Positions 45,013-62,163 of a stretch of 64,000 bases of DNA are shown piece after piece. The translations under genes and the position numbers were made by a program. Within the stretch, counting starts at the first letter, position 1. Each line of letters opens with the position of its first letter. The DNA lies in NCBI RefSeq assembly GCF_009914755.1, contig NC_060930.1; one strand, written 5' to 3'. The stretch comes from the human T2T-CHM13v2.0 reference genome, Homo sapiens. The notes under the pieces are model-generated. The model searched no databases and was not told where the DNA came from. It saw only the letters and a list, made by a program, of their open reading frames with translations.

Positions 45013-45580
45013 CCAAATAATTACCTATTGTCATGCTGCAGTTATTTATCATTTTTATTTAGTTTTATCTTACTCAGTGAGTACAATTTCAAAACAAACT
45101 TACTTCAATGTGTCTGAAATTTTTGTCTACTATAAAATATAGTGCCTGGTTGTAAGGTAAGGATTCTTGAAGAAATATTTCATTTTAATTTTGATCACTT
45201 TTATTAGAAAATATACACAGAACTACTGTTAATTTATTTTTAAACAGTGCTTTTACAGAGTTCTCTCACATACATGTTAATTGATCAGTTTTTCTGTGGC
45301 CAGAGAAACTTTTATTGTCTTTTTTTACGAAGTGGAAAATTGATGCTCATGAGGGTTAATTTAGGTGGTCAAAGTCATAATCCAGATATTTATATTTCCC
45401 TTTCTGTGGAACTATACAGTTTTAAATTTGAGGGTGTAATTATTTTGCATTCATGTAAAATATAACTTATTAAGCACAAAAGTTGGAAATTAATTATTAA
45501 AGAGTAATTACATAGTTTGACCATTAACTTGAAGAAATTGAACAATTACATTTTTAAAATTTTATTCAATCGGTTTTCTT

Positions 45581-47959
<2,379 letters not shown>

Positions 47960-48592
47960 TCAGTTTTCTTGAAAGTTTCAATATTAAAATGATATAGAAA
48001 TATAGTTACCAAATAAATAAAAAATGCTATGGATTATATTGCGCATGGGATCCTTGTTTCTTCTTGGGAAAAAAAAAAACCTTTCTGTGCCCACAGATGT
48101 CCTGCAACTATAACTTCTATATTTATCAAAAGGGAACACTGTGTTTATATTAAGTTAGACTTCCTCAATAGCTATGAAATTATTTCAGAGACAATTTTAT
48201 ATTGATTTAGTGTATTTCTTTTTATCTGCCTGCCTTACCAACAATCATTTGATTCATTTGATATTATTTAAAATCCTTATGTATTACTGCCTTATACTGG
48301 TAACTTAGTAGGGAAATCAGTATAGTCAAATACTAAGGTTTTCCATTTTTCCTCAAGCTTTATGCAGCCTGTGTTTGATATCATGAATTTCTGGATCTAA
48401 GGTTTTCATCATTGAGGTTTTCTCTACATGAAAGCACAGGAGAAAATCCAACTTATCTTCATTTCACAAATAGCTACTGATGTCTGCTATTTAACAAGTA
48501 CTGCATTAAAAAATTCGTATAAAAAGATCATCAAGATTTAATACCTTTATAAAATCATACTCTAGCACGTGAGCTATAAAATCATACTATAG

Positions 48593-48800
48593 CAGTGGCA
48601 TGCCAACAGGGTGGGGACTGGTAAAAATTGTCCACTCTACAAATAAAGGATATTTATTGACTTTCTTTATTTAGAATAACTAACAATTGGTGTTAATAAA
48701 CAGCAACCTTGTTTAATATTTTATCCTTATTTTTAAATTCTCTATAGATAACATACCCCTTGATTGCCTGCATTCAAGGTGGAATGCTCCCGCCAATCTG
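48593..48800. mobile_element. MER63-like hAT element
   Basis: 'cagtggcatgccaa' start and 'ttttaaattctctatagataac...attgcctgca' match recalled MER63. Confidence 0.55.
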
Positions 48801-51379
48801 CTGACAAACATACACATTTTCATTATGGGTCCTATTTTTCCTGCAACTTTGCAAGGCTGGTACTTTTTTATTGAATGTCAGGCATTGTGTGTTTTATCCT
48901 GTTGGATGCCAATTATTTTTCTTCTCATAAATATTCTTCAACTTAGTTCTGGAGCACAGTTAAGTTACTTGGAAACAGATGATCCTTTCTGCTTCCTTTT
49001 AAGCTTTGTTATATATGACCAGTGTAGTACTTACTGAAAGGCCAGTTTTGCCCCAATACTAAGGAAGAACTTTTCTGTGTGCTCTATCAGATGTCTATTT
49101 GGTGGTTTGGAAATACTATCCTTTCACTAGTCTCAAAAATCTTGAATTCTACCCTCCTGCTGGTTGACTGTGGTGGTGACACAAATTGCCACTGCCATAT
49201 GAAACAGGTTCTCTCTGTGTCCAAGGAAAGAAAGGAGATGGGGCAAAAGGACCTTCTTCTGGTTTGCCTCTCAGGATTCTTCCCCAGGGAAGATCACTTT
49301 TCCAAAAAATCCCACAGAAGACTTCCCCTTAACATTATTGCCCAATCATAGATAAACGCTTGGATTTATTCTTACTCTGATTCATCCTTTAGGGTAGGGC
49401 ATTGTCAACGTATATCCCTTTATTAAGGGATTTTTCCACTCTGACTTTGGGAACAGCAACTATTCTCAGTCTTGTGTGAATCTTGAGTATTGTTCCTTTT
49501 GATCCTTTCAATTAGTTCTTTTCCTGTAAAGATATTTAAAGATGTTGCACTGCCATCAGGACTCACTTAAATGCCCTTTGCAGATCTCTGGAGCTCTTTC
49601 GCTTTTCCAGCTACCTTACTGTAGCATCCATTAAAGCCAACTTCCTCGGCCTCCCTGAGCTCTTGATCTCTTCAACTGACAAGGTGGAAGGATGGCATCT
49701 CTAAGCCACCAAAGAAACTTTGCTTCCCTCTACTTCTTTGAACTAAACACTACATATTGTTATGTTTAAAGATAGAGATAAGACGAGACAGGTGGTTTAG
49801 ACAATCTTGTAAATTCACTACCGACCTACTATGATTTCATTTTATTAGTAACTATATCAGAATTGTTAGCACACAGCTATATAGTCCTGAATAATAAATG
49901 CTATATATCAAAATTCATATTCCAATATAAAAACTAATTTTTCTGACTAAAATGCAAATATAGTAAAAATTAATAAGAGCATCAAAACTAAACAATATCT
50001 AACCATTTGAAATGATATTTAAAAGCATTTCATAAAAAGCTCTTTGGTGAAATAAGGTAATTTAAACTGAAGCTTTTCCGACTATTTATGTGAACAAGAA
50101 GTGGGATGCTACATATTAAAACCTATGAGATATGAGCAAATTCGTAGTGCACTGAAAATTGACAGCTGAAAATACATCTATTATGAAAAAGGAAACATAA
50201 ATGTAATTCAAAAAGCAAACATAAGAACTTATTAAACAAAGATAAACAAAAATAATTTAATAAGGATATAGGTAAAAAGTAACATTTTAGAAAACAAACA
50301 AAATAAAATAAATAAATCCCAGATCACTCTTGAAAATTACAATAAAATTGATAAACCTCGGCAAATCAAATCAAGTGTAGAAGTATACTATTATAAGATT
50401 CTTGTAATATATGTAAAGTATATTATCATTTGAAGTATGCTGTGATAACTTTAAGTTGTATATTATAAAATATAAAACAACCAGTTTAAAAAGCCAACAC
50501 AATTTTGGCTTAACAAGCAAACAAACAAAATTAACTGGAATCATAAAACATTCAATTAATATAAAAGGTGGCAGGAAAGGAAAAAAGAGAACAAAAACAG
50601 GTGAAACAAATAGAAACAATAACAAGGTAGTGGAACCAAACCCAAACATATCAATGGTTAACAATAAATACAAAAGATCCTGGCACTCCAAAAACATAGA
50701 GATTGTCTAAATGTATCTTTTAAAAGCCAGACCAAATTATTAACAAGAACCCCACTTTAAACATTTTTAAATATTTAAAGGTTTAATATTTTAAAATCTT
50801 GAATATTTTATAGAAAATAAATGGGAAAAGATGTATCATGCAAATCCTAAGCATCAGAGAGCTCAATTGGCTATATTAATATGAGAAAACTCAAGTCAAT
50901 TTTACAGCAAGGAATGATGACAGAGATTAAAGAGACATTTCATAATGATGAAAGTATAATTTCATCAGGAAGCATAATAGTTGTAATATGTATGCCACCA
51001 GTTAATAGAGATTCAGAATGCATGAAGCAAAACCTGATAGATTGAAAAAAGAAATATATCCTATTATAGCTAAAGATTTCAACACTTCTCTCTCAGTAAT
51101 AAACTGACAAAGTAAATAGAATATCAAAAAGGATATAGAGGATTATAAATTATTAATAAGCAACTTGAACTAATTGATATTTATAGAATACTCCACCCAG
51201 CAACAACAGAACAGATGTTCTTTTCAAGTGTGTGTGTAACATTCACCAAAAGAGATCATTTGCTGGCCCATAAGAAAGTCTCAAGGATAGAAATCATACA
51301 GACTATAGTCTCTGGTCACAATGGAATTAAACTAGAAATTAATAAAATTAAGATATCAGGGATGCATCTAAATGTTTGA

Positions 51380-51892
<513 letters not shown>

Positions 51893-52892
51893 TGAAGTTT
51901 TTAAAAGATAATTTAAATACAAATTAAATAGAAGGATGCAAATAAAAATACGAGTACAAAACACAGTGATATAAAACCCAAAGACAATAGAGAAAATCAA
52001 TTAAACCAAAATCTGGTTCTTTGAAAAGATTAATAAAACTTATAAATTTCTGGTTTGATAATATGAGATAATAAGGGAGAAAATGAAAATCATCCATAAG
52101 ATAAATCAGAAAAGGGACATTGTAGTAAAACCTTGAAGCGATTGTAAGGAAACATCCTGAACAATGTTAGGTCAATAAGTTTTTGATACTTAGATGAAAA
52201 AATTTCTAAATTCCAAACTACTAAAAATTGAAAGACATAAACAAAAAATATGACTTATCCATATATCGATTTTTAAAATTTTAAATCCAAAGCTTTCCCA
52301 TAAAGAAATGCCAGGCCCTGATGAATTCAGTGGTGAATTCCACTAAATGTTTAAGGAAGAAATAATACTCCAAAATCTTTTTTAGGAATTAGAAGAGAAT
52401 ATTTGCCATTTCATGTAAGGAGGCTAGCATAATGTTGATATTAAAAATTCTTAGCAAAAATATATTTACAAATAGGATCCAGCAATATATATAAAAATAA
52501 TACATCACATTAGGCGGGGTTTACCCCGGGAATGAAAAGTTATATTATAAACACCCATTTATAATGAAACAAACCAAAAACCCTAAACCTCTCACTTTAA
52601 ATGAGATCTACCTAAGCTTGATAAATAGCATCTAAGGAAACTTACAGAAATTAACAATTTCCCCTGTAGTCTCAAAACAGGCAAGGCTCTCTACTTTTTC
52701 CATTTGTGTTTAACGTTGAACTGGAATTCAATAAGACAAAAACAAAATAAACATATATATATAAATATATATTTATGCAATAAGTACAATAACACAAACA
52801 ATATATGAATTGCAAAATAATAAATCTTTATTCACAGACATGGTCATGTACATAGAAAATTCTAAAGAACGTTCCAAAAAATTAAATTTATA

Positions 52893-53195
<303 letters not shown>

Positions 53196-53357
53196 TTATG
53201 AGGAATAATTTTTCTATAGAGTAATAAAAAATAAAATTTAAATGTAAAAAATCATTTACAATGCAATAAAAAATAAGAAATGCATAGTGATAAATTTTTC
53301 AAAATATGTGCTAGACCTGTACAATGAAAACTACGAAACAGTGATGAAAATAATTAA

Positions 53358-53698
<341 letters not shown>

Positions 53699-54871
53699 TA
53701 AGGCTTGGCAGTCTTACTCATTTGTAACTTTAGTCATTATAAACTGATCTGTAAATTCAATATAATTCCAGTCAAAATCCTAGGAAACTTATATAGAAAT
53801 TGACAAGCTGTTTCTAAAATTTATATGGAAATACAGGAGACGTAGAATAGCCAACACAATTTTGCAAAAGCAAAGGAAAAAAAAAAAAACAGACAGAGGA
53901 CTTACACTACATACTCTGAAGACTTCTTTAAAGGTACAATAATCAAAATCATGTGGACCGGGCATGAAGATAGGCATATGGAATGGGAACAATCAAGAGA
54001 CTGGAAATATGTTTGCTCGTATATAGTTAGCTTATTGTTTTAAATGTGCTAATGCAATTCACATTTGTGAATACATTATATTCGTATATAGTTAGCTTAT
54101 TGTTTTAAATGTGCCGGAACAATTAAATATCCGTGTTTAAAACATAAAATGCAATGTTTATAGTGTCTACATGTCCCAGCCATGGGCGGATGGGGTGGCA
54201 AATGGTCCTGGCCAAGTTTTCAGGGTCTTCCCTATCATTCTTCTGCGGAAAATTTAAGGAAAAATTATTTCTACTTGGGGGGGATGCTAAAATAATAGGA
54301 TGTTAGTCTCATGATACTGGAAGCCAAATTTCTACCACATACAGTATCTTAAAAAGATACAGCTATAGATATATATATTATCCTGATTACATTGACTGAT
54401 GCCCTGTCATTTGCCAACAAGATGGTTCTGACCAAACGGACACAGAATATTTTTATTGTCAGATGATCACACATACATGTGTGTATGTAGGGTATGGTGT
54501 AAAACATTTTTTCCCATCAAAACACCTGTCAGCTCTAGTTTCTCTCCATTTTCTTCTTCCTATGGTTGCCCTCACCCCCTATTTTGTTCTACAGCTCTGC
54601 CCTCCCCTTACTTGCCAAGGTTCTAGCCCAGTCCTAGAGGGTGATGTCAGATCCTTCAGAAACTGGTCTGAGATGAATGGAGAAGAAGAATGTAGGTCTT
54701 TCTAGTAAAATATCATAGTAAAACAAGAAAAAGCAACCTCACAGTCATTAATATTTGTTTTATAGCATAATTTCAATGTGTGTTACACTAACACTGTCTC
54801 TGTACTGTTCTCCATCAAATCAATTATCATCTCATGAAAGGGTTAGCATATTTAGAAAGAAGAGAGCATGA

Positions 54872-55176
54872 GGCTCTTGTCTGTAATCTCAGCACTTTGG
54901 GAGGCCGAGGCAGGAGTATCACTTGAGACTAAGAGTTCGAGACCTGCCTAGGCAACAAAATAATAATAATTAGCCATAGTGTTATGTGCCTGTGGTCCCA
55001 GTTACTCAGGAGGCTGAGGCAAGAAGATCCTTGAGCCCAGGAGTCCAAGACTGCAGCGAGCTCTGATAGTGTGCTGCACTCCAGCTTAGGTGACAGAGTG
55101 AGAACCTGTCTAAAAAAAAAAAAAAAAAAAAGAAAGAAAAAAAGAAGGAAGGAAGGAGAAAAGAAAGAAAAGAAAA
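54872..55176 (+). mobile_element. AluJ with internal deletion and A/GA-rich tail
   Basis: J diagnostics; TSD ~AAAGAA(G/A)AGAGCATG. Confidence 0.85.
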
Positions 55177-55439
55177 GAGCATGTGTTGGCAGATCAGAGA
55201 GTAAAATCCAACTCCAACCATTTCACTTTCTTATTTTTCCCTCAGTCCTGCTCATGAGGGTATGCAAATAAGAGTACACATGAATGTATGCAAATGAGAA
55301 AGAGTGGCAAAATTCACTTCTGAAGGGGGAGATCAGGAGAGTAACAGGAGGGTGCAGCCTTCTACCAGGAAGAGGAACATTTGTTTCTCAGACATAAGAT
55401 GATGGAATAGAGAAAAGATAAAACATAAGATCTAGAAAG

Positions 55440-55705
55440 ACATCATAGTCAAGTAGTAATGGCTAGGTGCACAGGCTCTGAAACCAAAATACCTAGATTT
55501 TAATGTGGAATACTCATCCTTCCTGGCTGTGACCTAGTGCAAGTTATCTAGATTCTATGTGTCTTATTTTTCTCATCTGTAAAATAATAATGATATGTTC
55601 CTCATAGGGTTGTGGTGCAAATTAAATAAATTAATATAAAGACCCTAGAAACATGCATGATACATAGTTGATGCTCAGCAAATGCTGCTAGCTAGTTATT
55701 ATTAC
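55440..55705 (+). mobile_element. MIR
   Basis: 'ttttctcatctgtaaaata...cctcatagggttgtgg...attaaat'. Confidence 0.8.
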
Positions 55706-57139
55706 TTTAAGTTGTGGTAGAGGCAAGGCAAAATAATTCATATCTGGTGGTGGCCTTAATCTCAATAGCAGGAAATGCTGTTGTAGACCAAGGAAATTGG
55801 GGCTGAGTGCCTAGCTTGAATAGAGCGAGAGAAGTTTGAAACACCATCTGTGGACTACAGCACTGGTCCTTAACCCTAGACGTAACATTAAAATTACATG
55901 AGGACCTTTTAAAGATACTGACATTTAGGATCCCACCTAGAACAATTAAGTGAGAATGCCTGGAGTGGGCTTTAAAGTTGATCTTTAAGGGCAGCTGCGG
56001 TTGAGAATCAAGAAGTAATAGGAAACAAATAAATGAAAAGTTGTGAGTATAGAAAGAAAACAGTTATGGTTATCCAACTCTGCTTTTCTTCATTGATTTC
56101 TCTACCAATCTAGCAACTTTTGACTGGAAAGTCCAAATAGTGGGAGTAAGAGAAAGAGAAAGAAACCATACATTCTCCAGTGGTAGGAAATATGCCGCTG
56201 AGATTGGGGAAGAAGACAGAACTGAGTTTCAGGCTGAGTAAAAAAGCCCGACCCAGAATAAGATGATGGACTTTGCAAATAGGTCTAGGCAACGTATGTG
56301 GAGTGGGATAATATGAGGACATGGAGCGGTTTCTTCTGGGGATGAGAGAGTGATCAGAAAATAGTAGGCAGAGGGGAATTTCCGAGCTGGAGATTTTGGC
56401 TCTTGGGGATAGTGTGATTTCAGTGAAAACTAGTTTTAAGATGAATTGTCAAAACTGAGGACTGAGATAAAATAAAGAAGGTTATTGGAGGAAGTAAATA
56501 AAGTGTACAGTCCTGAAAGATATAAGTATGGGATGGAGAGGAGAGGAAGAGAATTGAAGTCATTGAGGGTAGAAGGAAAAGTGATGCCTACTGTACAATG
56601 GTTAAGAGTTACCAGCGTTGAAAACGTCCCAAACACCCTATCTTACATTAAGACAAGATAATAAATATGAAAATACTTTACAAATTGTTAATCACTCTCC
56701 AGAAAAAAAAAAGGTGATCTACAGATTATTCATTCACTAAAATACGTACTAGCCAGCTGAGAACAAAAGTTCAATCTTCTTTAAGCTTCATATGTTTAGC
56801 TTAATTTGGCGCGAAATCTGATTATTTTATCCAGTATGTCAACATAGAAAAATTTAATTTACAATTTAAACACATTATTTCTCTCTCATGCAAGTATTGA
56901 AATTAAAGTTTCTAAAATCAAAAAGGCTTCTAAAGGACACTGCTATATGGAATATTAATGTGGCATATTAACTGGAAGTGGTAATTCCTGAATGACGCCA
57001 AAGGCAATTCTCGCCTTTATACTTTCTCCCAGTCAACATACATTATTTTCTTGTTTTTCCTTTTCTATCCTTCCTTTTGCCACAAACAACAAACCAAACA
57101 AAAAAGCAAAACAAAACAAAAACCCTTCCTCCTACCAGC

Positions 57140-57620
57140 AGAGAGCGCTAGCGCCATGCGCGGCATAAGCGCCAAAATGCTCGGGTCTTCTGTGGGTTCT
57201 AACCGCCGAGAGCCAAGCACACTGATGTTGTCCCAGCTGGGGATCCGTAGTTGACTTGACGTCGCTGAGCAACGGAAGAGTGGGCAGCATTTGCTCTGAA
57301 CGCTCGTGCGCGCTACCGCCCAGACGGAAGCGGAAGTGCCGGTGGAGCGCGAGTAGGAAGTGGTGAGTTCGGAGTAGAGATGGCCGCGCTTGCACCGCTG
57401 CCCCCGCTCCCCGCACAGTTCAAGAGCATACAGCATCATCTGAGGACGGCTCAGGAGCATGACAAGCGAGACCCTGTGGTGGCTTATTACTGTGAGTCTT
57501 TCCGAGTGGCCGCGCCCTTTCTTTCCCAGTTGCATTTTAGGGCCCACACACCTCCCTGAGGTTCTTGGGGCATGCCCCGCCCCCCTCGCTTTAAACCTGA
57601 GCTTTGACCTCGAGCCTACC
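57140..57620 (+). promoter_or_regulatory. VTA1: VTA1 CpG-island TATA-less promoter
   Basis: CpG-dense; tandem ETS/GABP site CGGAAGCGGAAGTG (57325-57338); CRE-like TGACGTC (57257-57263); NRF1-like GCGCCATGCGC; YY1-like AGATGGCCGC over the ATG. Confidence 0.85.
57380..57491 (+). CDS. VTA1: VTA1 (LIP5, ESCRT/VPS4 cofactor) coding exon 1
   Basis: MAALAPLPPLPAQFKSIQHHLRTAQEHDKRDPVVAYY plus 1 nt; donor T|GTGAGT at 57492 (phase 1). Intron 1 runs past the window end. Confidence 0.96.
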
Positions 57621-58609
57621 CAGGGAACTCCCTGGGTTCCCACCCCCTGGCAGTAGGAATCCCAAAACACCATGGTGTCCACTGCTTCTCCTATCTTGTG
57701 CTTAAATGCTCCAGTACTGACTACACAGGCTCTTGAACTGTGGAATATAATCTTCCAAGGTTTTCTCTGTGTGTGTACACACAAGAGCTTCTTGTCTCAA
57801 ATAGGAATCCTGAAAATAAATTGAGTTAGGTTTAAAACGAAGGTGAGTGTCCGAAAGAAGGAGTGATGTGGATAAAAGGACGATAGACTAGTTGAAAACA
57901 TAGTAATAAGTGAATATTATTTATGACAGCATGCAAGCCCAATCAGAAACTCATTTGGTTAAATGGGGAGTATCTGCTACTAAATAAGCAGTTGAATTTG
58001 ACCTTTCCCCACCCAGCTGCTCTCTCCTACCATGCAGAATTTTTAGTTTTGACTTCTTTGAATAATACCCGCTGTTGAGACCTTTGAAAGCAGTATTTTC
58101 ACTTTGAGTGTTATACGTTGAATTTACAGTTTGATTAAAAAAAATATAGGTTAACTCTGCTCAAACTTGTAGTGAGTAAAGGGAGTGCCAGTAATTCTGT
58201 GTTAACTTTATTTTGTATTCTGTACTCTTAACTTTACTGCAAATAAAACAAGTAACTGGACAATTATAATTCTGAAAAGGATATTTAGAGTTGAGAAGTT
58301 GGATATAATGCGTCCATTGTTGTGTATATTGTAAGGTTAGCTAAAATCTGGTCACTGTTATCTCTGCCATACTCCAAATGTACCCTGTTTCTCAAATGTG
58401 CAAGGCCTTTTCAGACCTACCATCTTCCACTCTCTTGGAATGTGCACCTTTTTCTTGCACTTGGCAAACTCATGATTCAAGATCTAACCCAAATGTCACC
58501 ACTTCTGTGGGCAGCAAATTGATTATTCTCTGTGCATTACTTCATTTTGTTCAAATTTTACAGCATCATTTTTATTATACTTGTTCTTCAGTTTCCTCAA
58601 GCAGGGTCC

Positions 58610-59040
58610 ATATTCATTCAGTATGTGTTCATTGAGCTACCTTTGTATCAAGCATTAGTAGGCGCTGTGACTACATTTGCTGCATTTTTGGAGCTTACAT
58701 ACAATGGAGGTAGAGAGTTTCAACAATATAGAGTCTATCATACATAGAGTATTAAAAGCTTATGAAGACAAATAGAGCAAGGAAAAGGAATAAGAGTATC
58801 AGGAGTAGTGGTGGCAGGGAGTGCAGATGGGATTTCAGTTTCATAGTGGTCAGGAACACTTCACTGAATTGACATTTGGGGAAATAAAAGAGTGAAAGGC
58901 ATACCTTGCACCATCTGGGAAAGAGTATTCTCCATAGAGGTTATAAAAGTCCCGAAGTAGAGGCTTGCTGGAAGGAGGAGTAAGTAGACTATTGTGACTG
59001 GAGTGGATGGGGCTTGGGAGTGATGGGATAAGGTCAAAGA
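58610..59040 (+). mobile_element. L2 fragment (VTA1 intron 1)
   Basis: 'cattcagtatgtgttcattgagctacc', 'ggagcttacat', 'gtggtcagg'; strand and boundaries approximate. Confidence 0.55.
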
Positions 59041-60792
59041 ATCTCTCATCCCTAAAGGAAATTCCTGTTCCCGATCCCTGTATCATGTATCTTTGTGACA
59101 AACCAGGGACACCTTACTCACTGTCGTCCTTTCCCTCTAGATTTTTCTAAACCTAATCCAGTTTCCTTTATTTAAAAATATAACATAAACTCTCACCATA
59201 TCATTCCCTAAAGTTGCAGCTCTGCTTTTCCAGCCTTATAGGTAAGTTTGAAATAGTTGTCCATAAGTTAGCTTTACGCCTTTATCTTGTAGAGCCTTTC
59301 AGCCCATGCAGTCTGGTTTTCATGCCCAGTATTTCACTGAAACTGCTCTCATCAGGCTTATGAAGAAATATTTTTATTGCTCAGGTGACACTTAACAATT
59401 TTAGTTATGAAACATGTACATATAAAAGCATATGTAATGTGCAGACAGTTTAAGGAATAATAAAATGAACACTAATATGCCTATCACATTTGATGTTATT
59501 AAACTTTTTAATTTTTGACAATCTGGTGGGTGTGAAATGGTGGTGTCTCATTGGAGCGAAATCTGCAATTCTCTGAGTCTTAATGAGGTTTAGCATCTTT
59601 TCATATGTTAATTAACCATTTGTGATTCGGTTTTGAAATACTTGTTTATTGCTTTTGCCCATTTATCTGTCACAGTCTTGTCTTAATAATGTTAGATGTT
59701 AATCCTTTGTTATATGTGTTGTAAATATCTTCTCCCATTTCAGTTTGATTTTTCACTCTGAAGACCTTTGATGTTCAGAAGTTCTTAATTTAAAAATGTT
59801 ATCAATCATTGTATGAATCTCTTAGGACTTAACCTTCTGATTTTATAGGCTTTCATTTCTTTTCGTGTATTTGTTTGGGACTTTGGCTTTCTACATCTGT
59901 AGATGGGTGTTTTTAATCAATTTTGGAAAATTTTCTCTACTATTATTTGTTCAAATATTGCTTATATTTCTATTCTCTCATAAAAGTTTGATTAGACATG
60001 TTTTGCACTTCTCCCATTTAACTTCCTTGTCTCTTGATTCTGTCATTTTTTTTTATCTCTTTGTCTTTCTGTGCTGCATTCTGTGTAATTTCTTGAGGTT
60101 TATCTTCACCTCCCTATATTTTATTGTTTAACCCTTTTATTGAATTTCTACTTTAATTTTTTATTTTAGTGTTCTCTTTTGGTTTTCATATTGGCCTGGC
60201 CATTTCTGATAGTTTCTTGTTACTGATATTTTTAACCACTCTATTTCTGTGAACACTTTAAATATATGGATTTATGTTTGCTGTTTGATAACATCGTAGC
60301 TGCTATATTTGTGGGCCTGATTCTGCTTTTCAACAGAACACTGCTCTTGGTGACTTCTTTCCTTACAATTGTGGGCTAGTCATGCTAGACCAGCGCTCTC
60401 CAAACTGGAGTAGGCAAATAATTCCAAAGGAATCAATTTTCCAATTCTTGACTTCCATGTTTTCCTTCCAAAAACTGTTCTTAACAAAGCTCCTGTGGTC
60501 AGGGTAGCAAAGTAGTATATAATATGCTGCTTATCTTTTCCTACATCCTGTTCACAATTGTCCTTCTCCCACTTTAATGAAGAACGGCATACTCTCACGC
60601 ATCCTGAGTGCTTTTATGTTGTATTGCCTTGAAAGAGAAGGTGGAAAATCCTCCAGGGTGTCCAGACAAAAGAGACAATTCAAATTACCCATGTTAGTGA
60701 AGCCTCCATTAATTAAGGCATTGGATAGACCTTCCTATCTTTCCTGGTCTTACATTGAAGAAAACCAGCCAGAGCAAAAAATAAACCTTCAT

Positions 60793-61143
<351 letters not shown>

Positions 61144-61843
61144 TTTGTCTCTTTTCAGGAACAGTTGGTCAGTGGATCTCCGAAGAGGGAGGAGTTATTC
61201 TGCGATATTAGCAGCCATTGTTAGGTCATCTTGGATTTTATCAAGAGGGTGAGGAGGAACAGTTTGGGGCCAAGGTCATGAGCAAGATGATGTGAGGAAG
61301 ATTAGCTGTAGGGACAGGGACGTGGAGGGACCACAGTGGGAAATCTCAGTCTTTCAGAGTCTCTTACATTTATACATGTATCTGTTAAGGGTAATGCCTT
61401 ATGTTAAAACCGGTCCTGTGTTGCAGTATTCTGAATTCTCAAAATGATAAAAATTTTCATGAGATGACCTTACTGCCTCATTCTGTATTCATTATTAAAG
61501 AATACCAATCTTGGGTTGAGAGCAAAACCAAGAACAAAGGAGAAATACTGAAGATGAGAGTACCTTGTTTCATCCAAACAAGCTCCTGCAAGGCTCTGCA
61601 GCTTATTGCTATTTTATAATTAGAATTTAGAAATAAAATGGGGACATGAGTTGACATTCCAACTGGAATATTGTATTTCTCTGAAAAAGTAACTCTTACT
61701 TGGCTGATTAGTTTGGTGTTAGCAACTGGCATTGCCATTAAACAGTGTGGTAGACATTCTCTTTAAACTAAATGAGCTAAAATCTTCGGCTCTGAGGTTT
61801 TTTGTTTTGTTTTGTTCTTCTGGAAGTACATTTAAAACAGCTT

Positions 61844-62163
61844 GGCCGAGCACGGTGGCTCATGCCTGTAATCCCAGCACTTTGGGAGGCCGAGGCAGGC
61901 AGATCACCCGAGGTCAGGAGTTCAAGATCAGCCTGGCCAATATGGTGAAACCCCATCTCTACTAAAAATACAGAAATTAGCTGGATGTGGTGGCAGGTGC
62001 CTGTAATCCCAGCTACTGGGGAGGCTGAGGCAGGAGAATTGCTTGAACCTGGAGGTGGAGGTTGCAGTGAGCTGAGATCGTGCAATTGCACTCCAACCTG
62101 GGGAACAGGAGCAAGACTTCGTCTCAAAAAAATAATAAGAAAAAGAAGAAGAAGAAGAAAATA
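61844..62163 (+). mobile_element. AluS
   Basis: Full dimer; TSD TAAAACAGCT. Confidence 0.92.

Noticed and set aside
54017-54114. CRISPR-like repeat-spacer-repeat (33/32/33 bp)
   Set aside because: Only two repeats, inside a human L1M, with no cas genes; better explained by template switching.
57065-57784. 239-aa minus-strand ORF across the VTA1 promoter
   Set aside because: GC-rich CpG-island sequence with few stops, non-ATG start and no recognisable domain.
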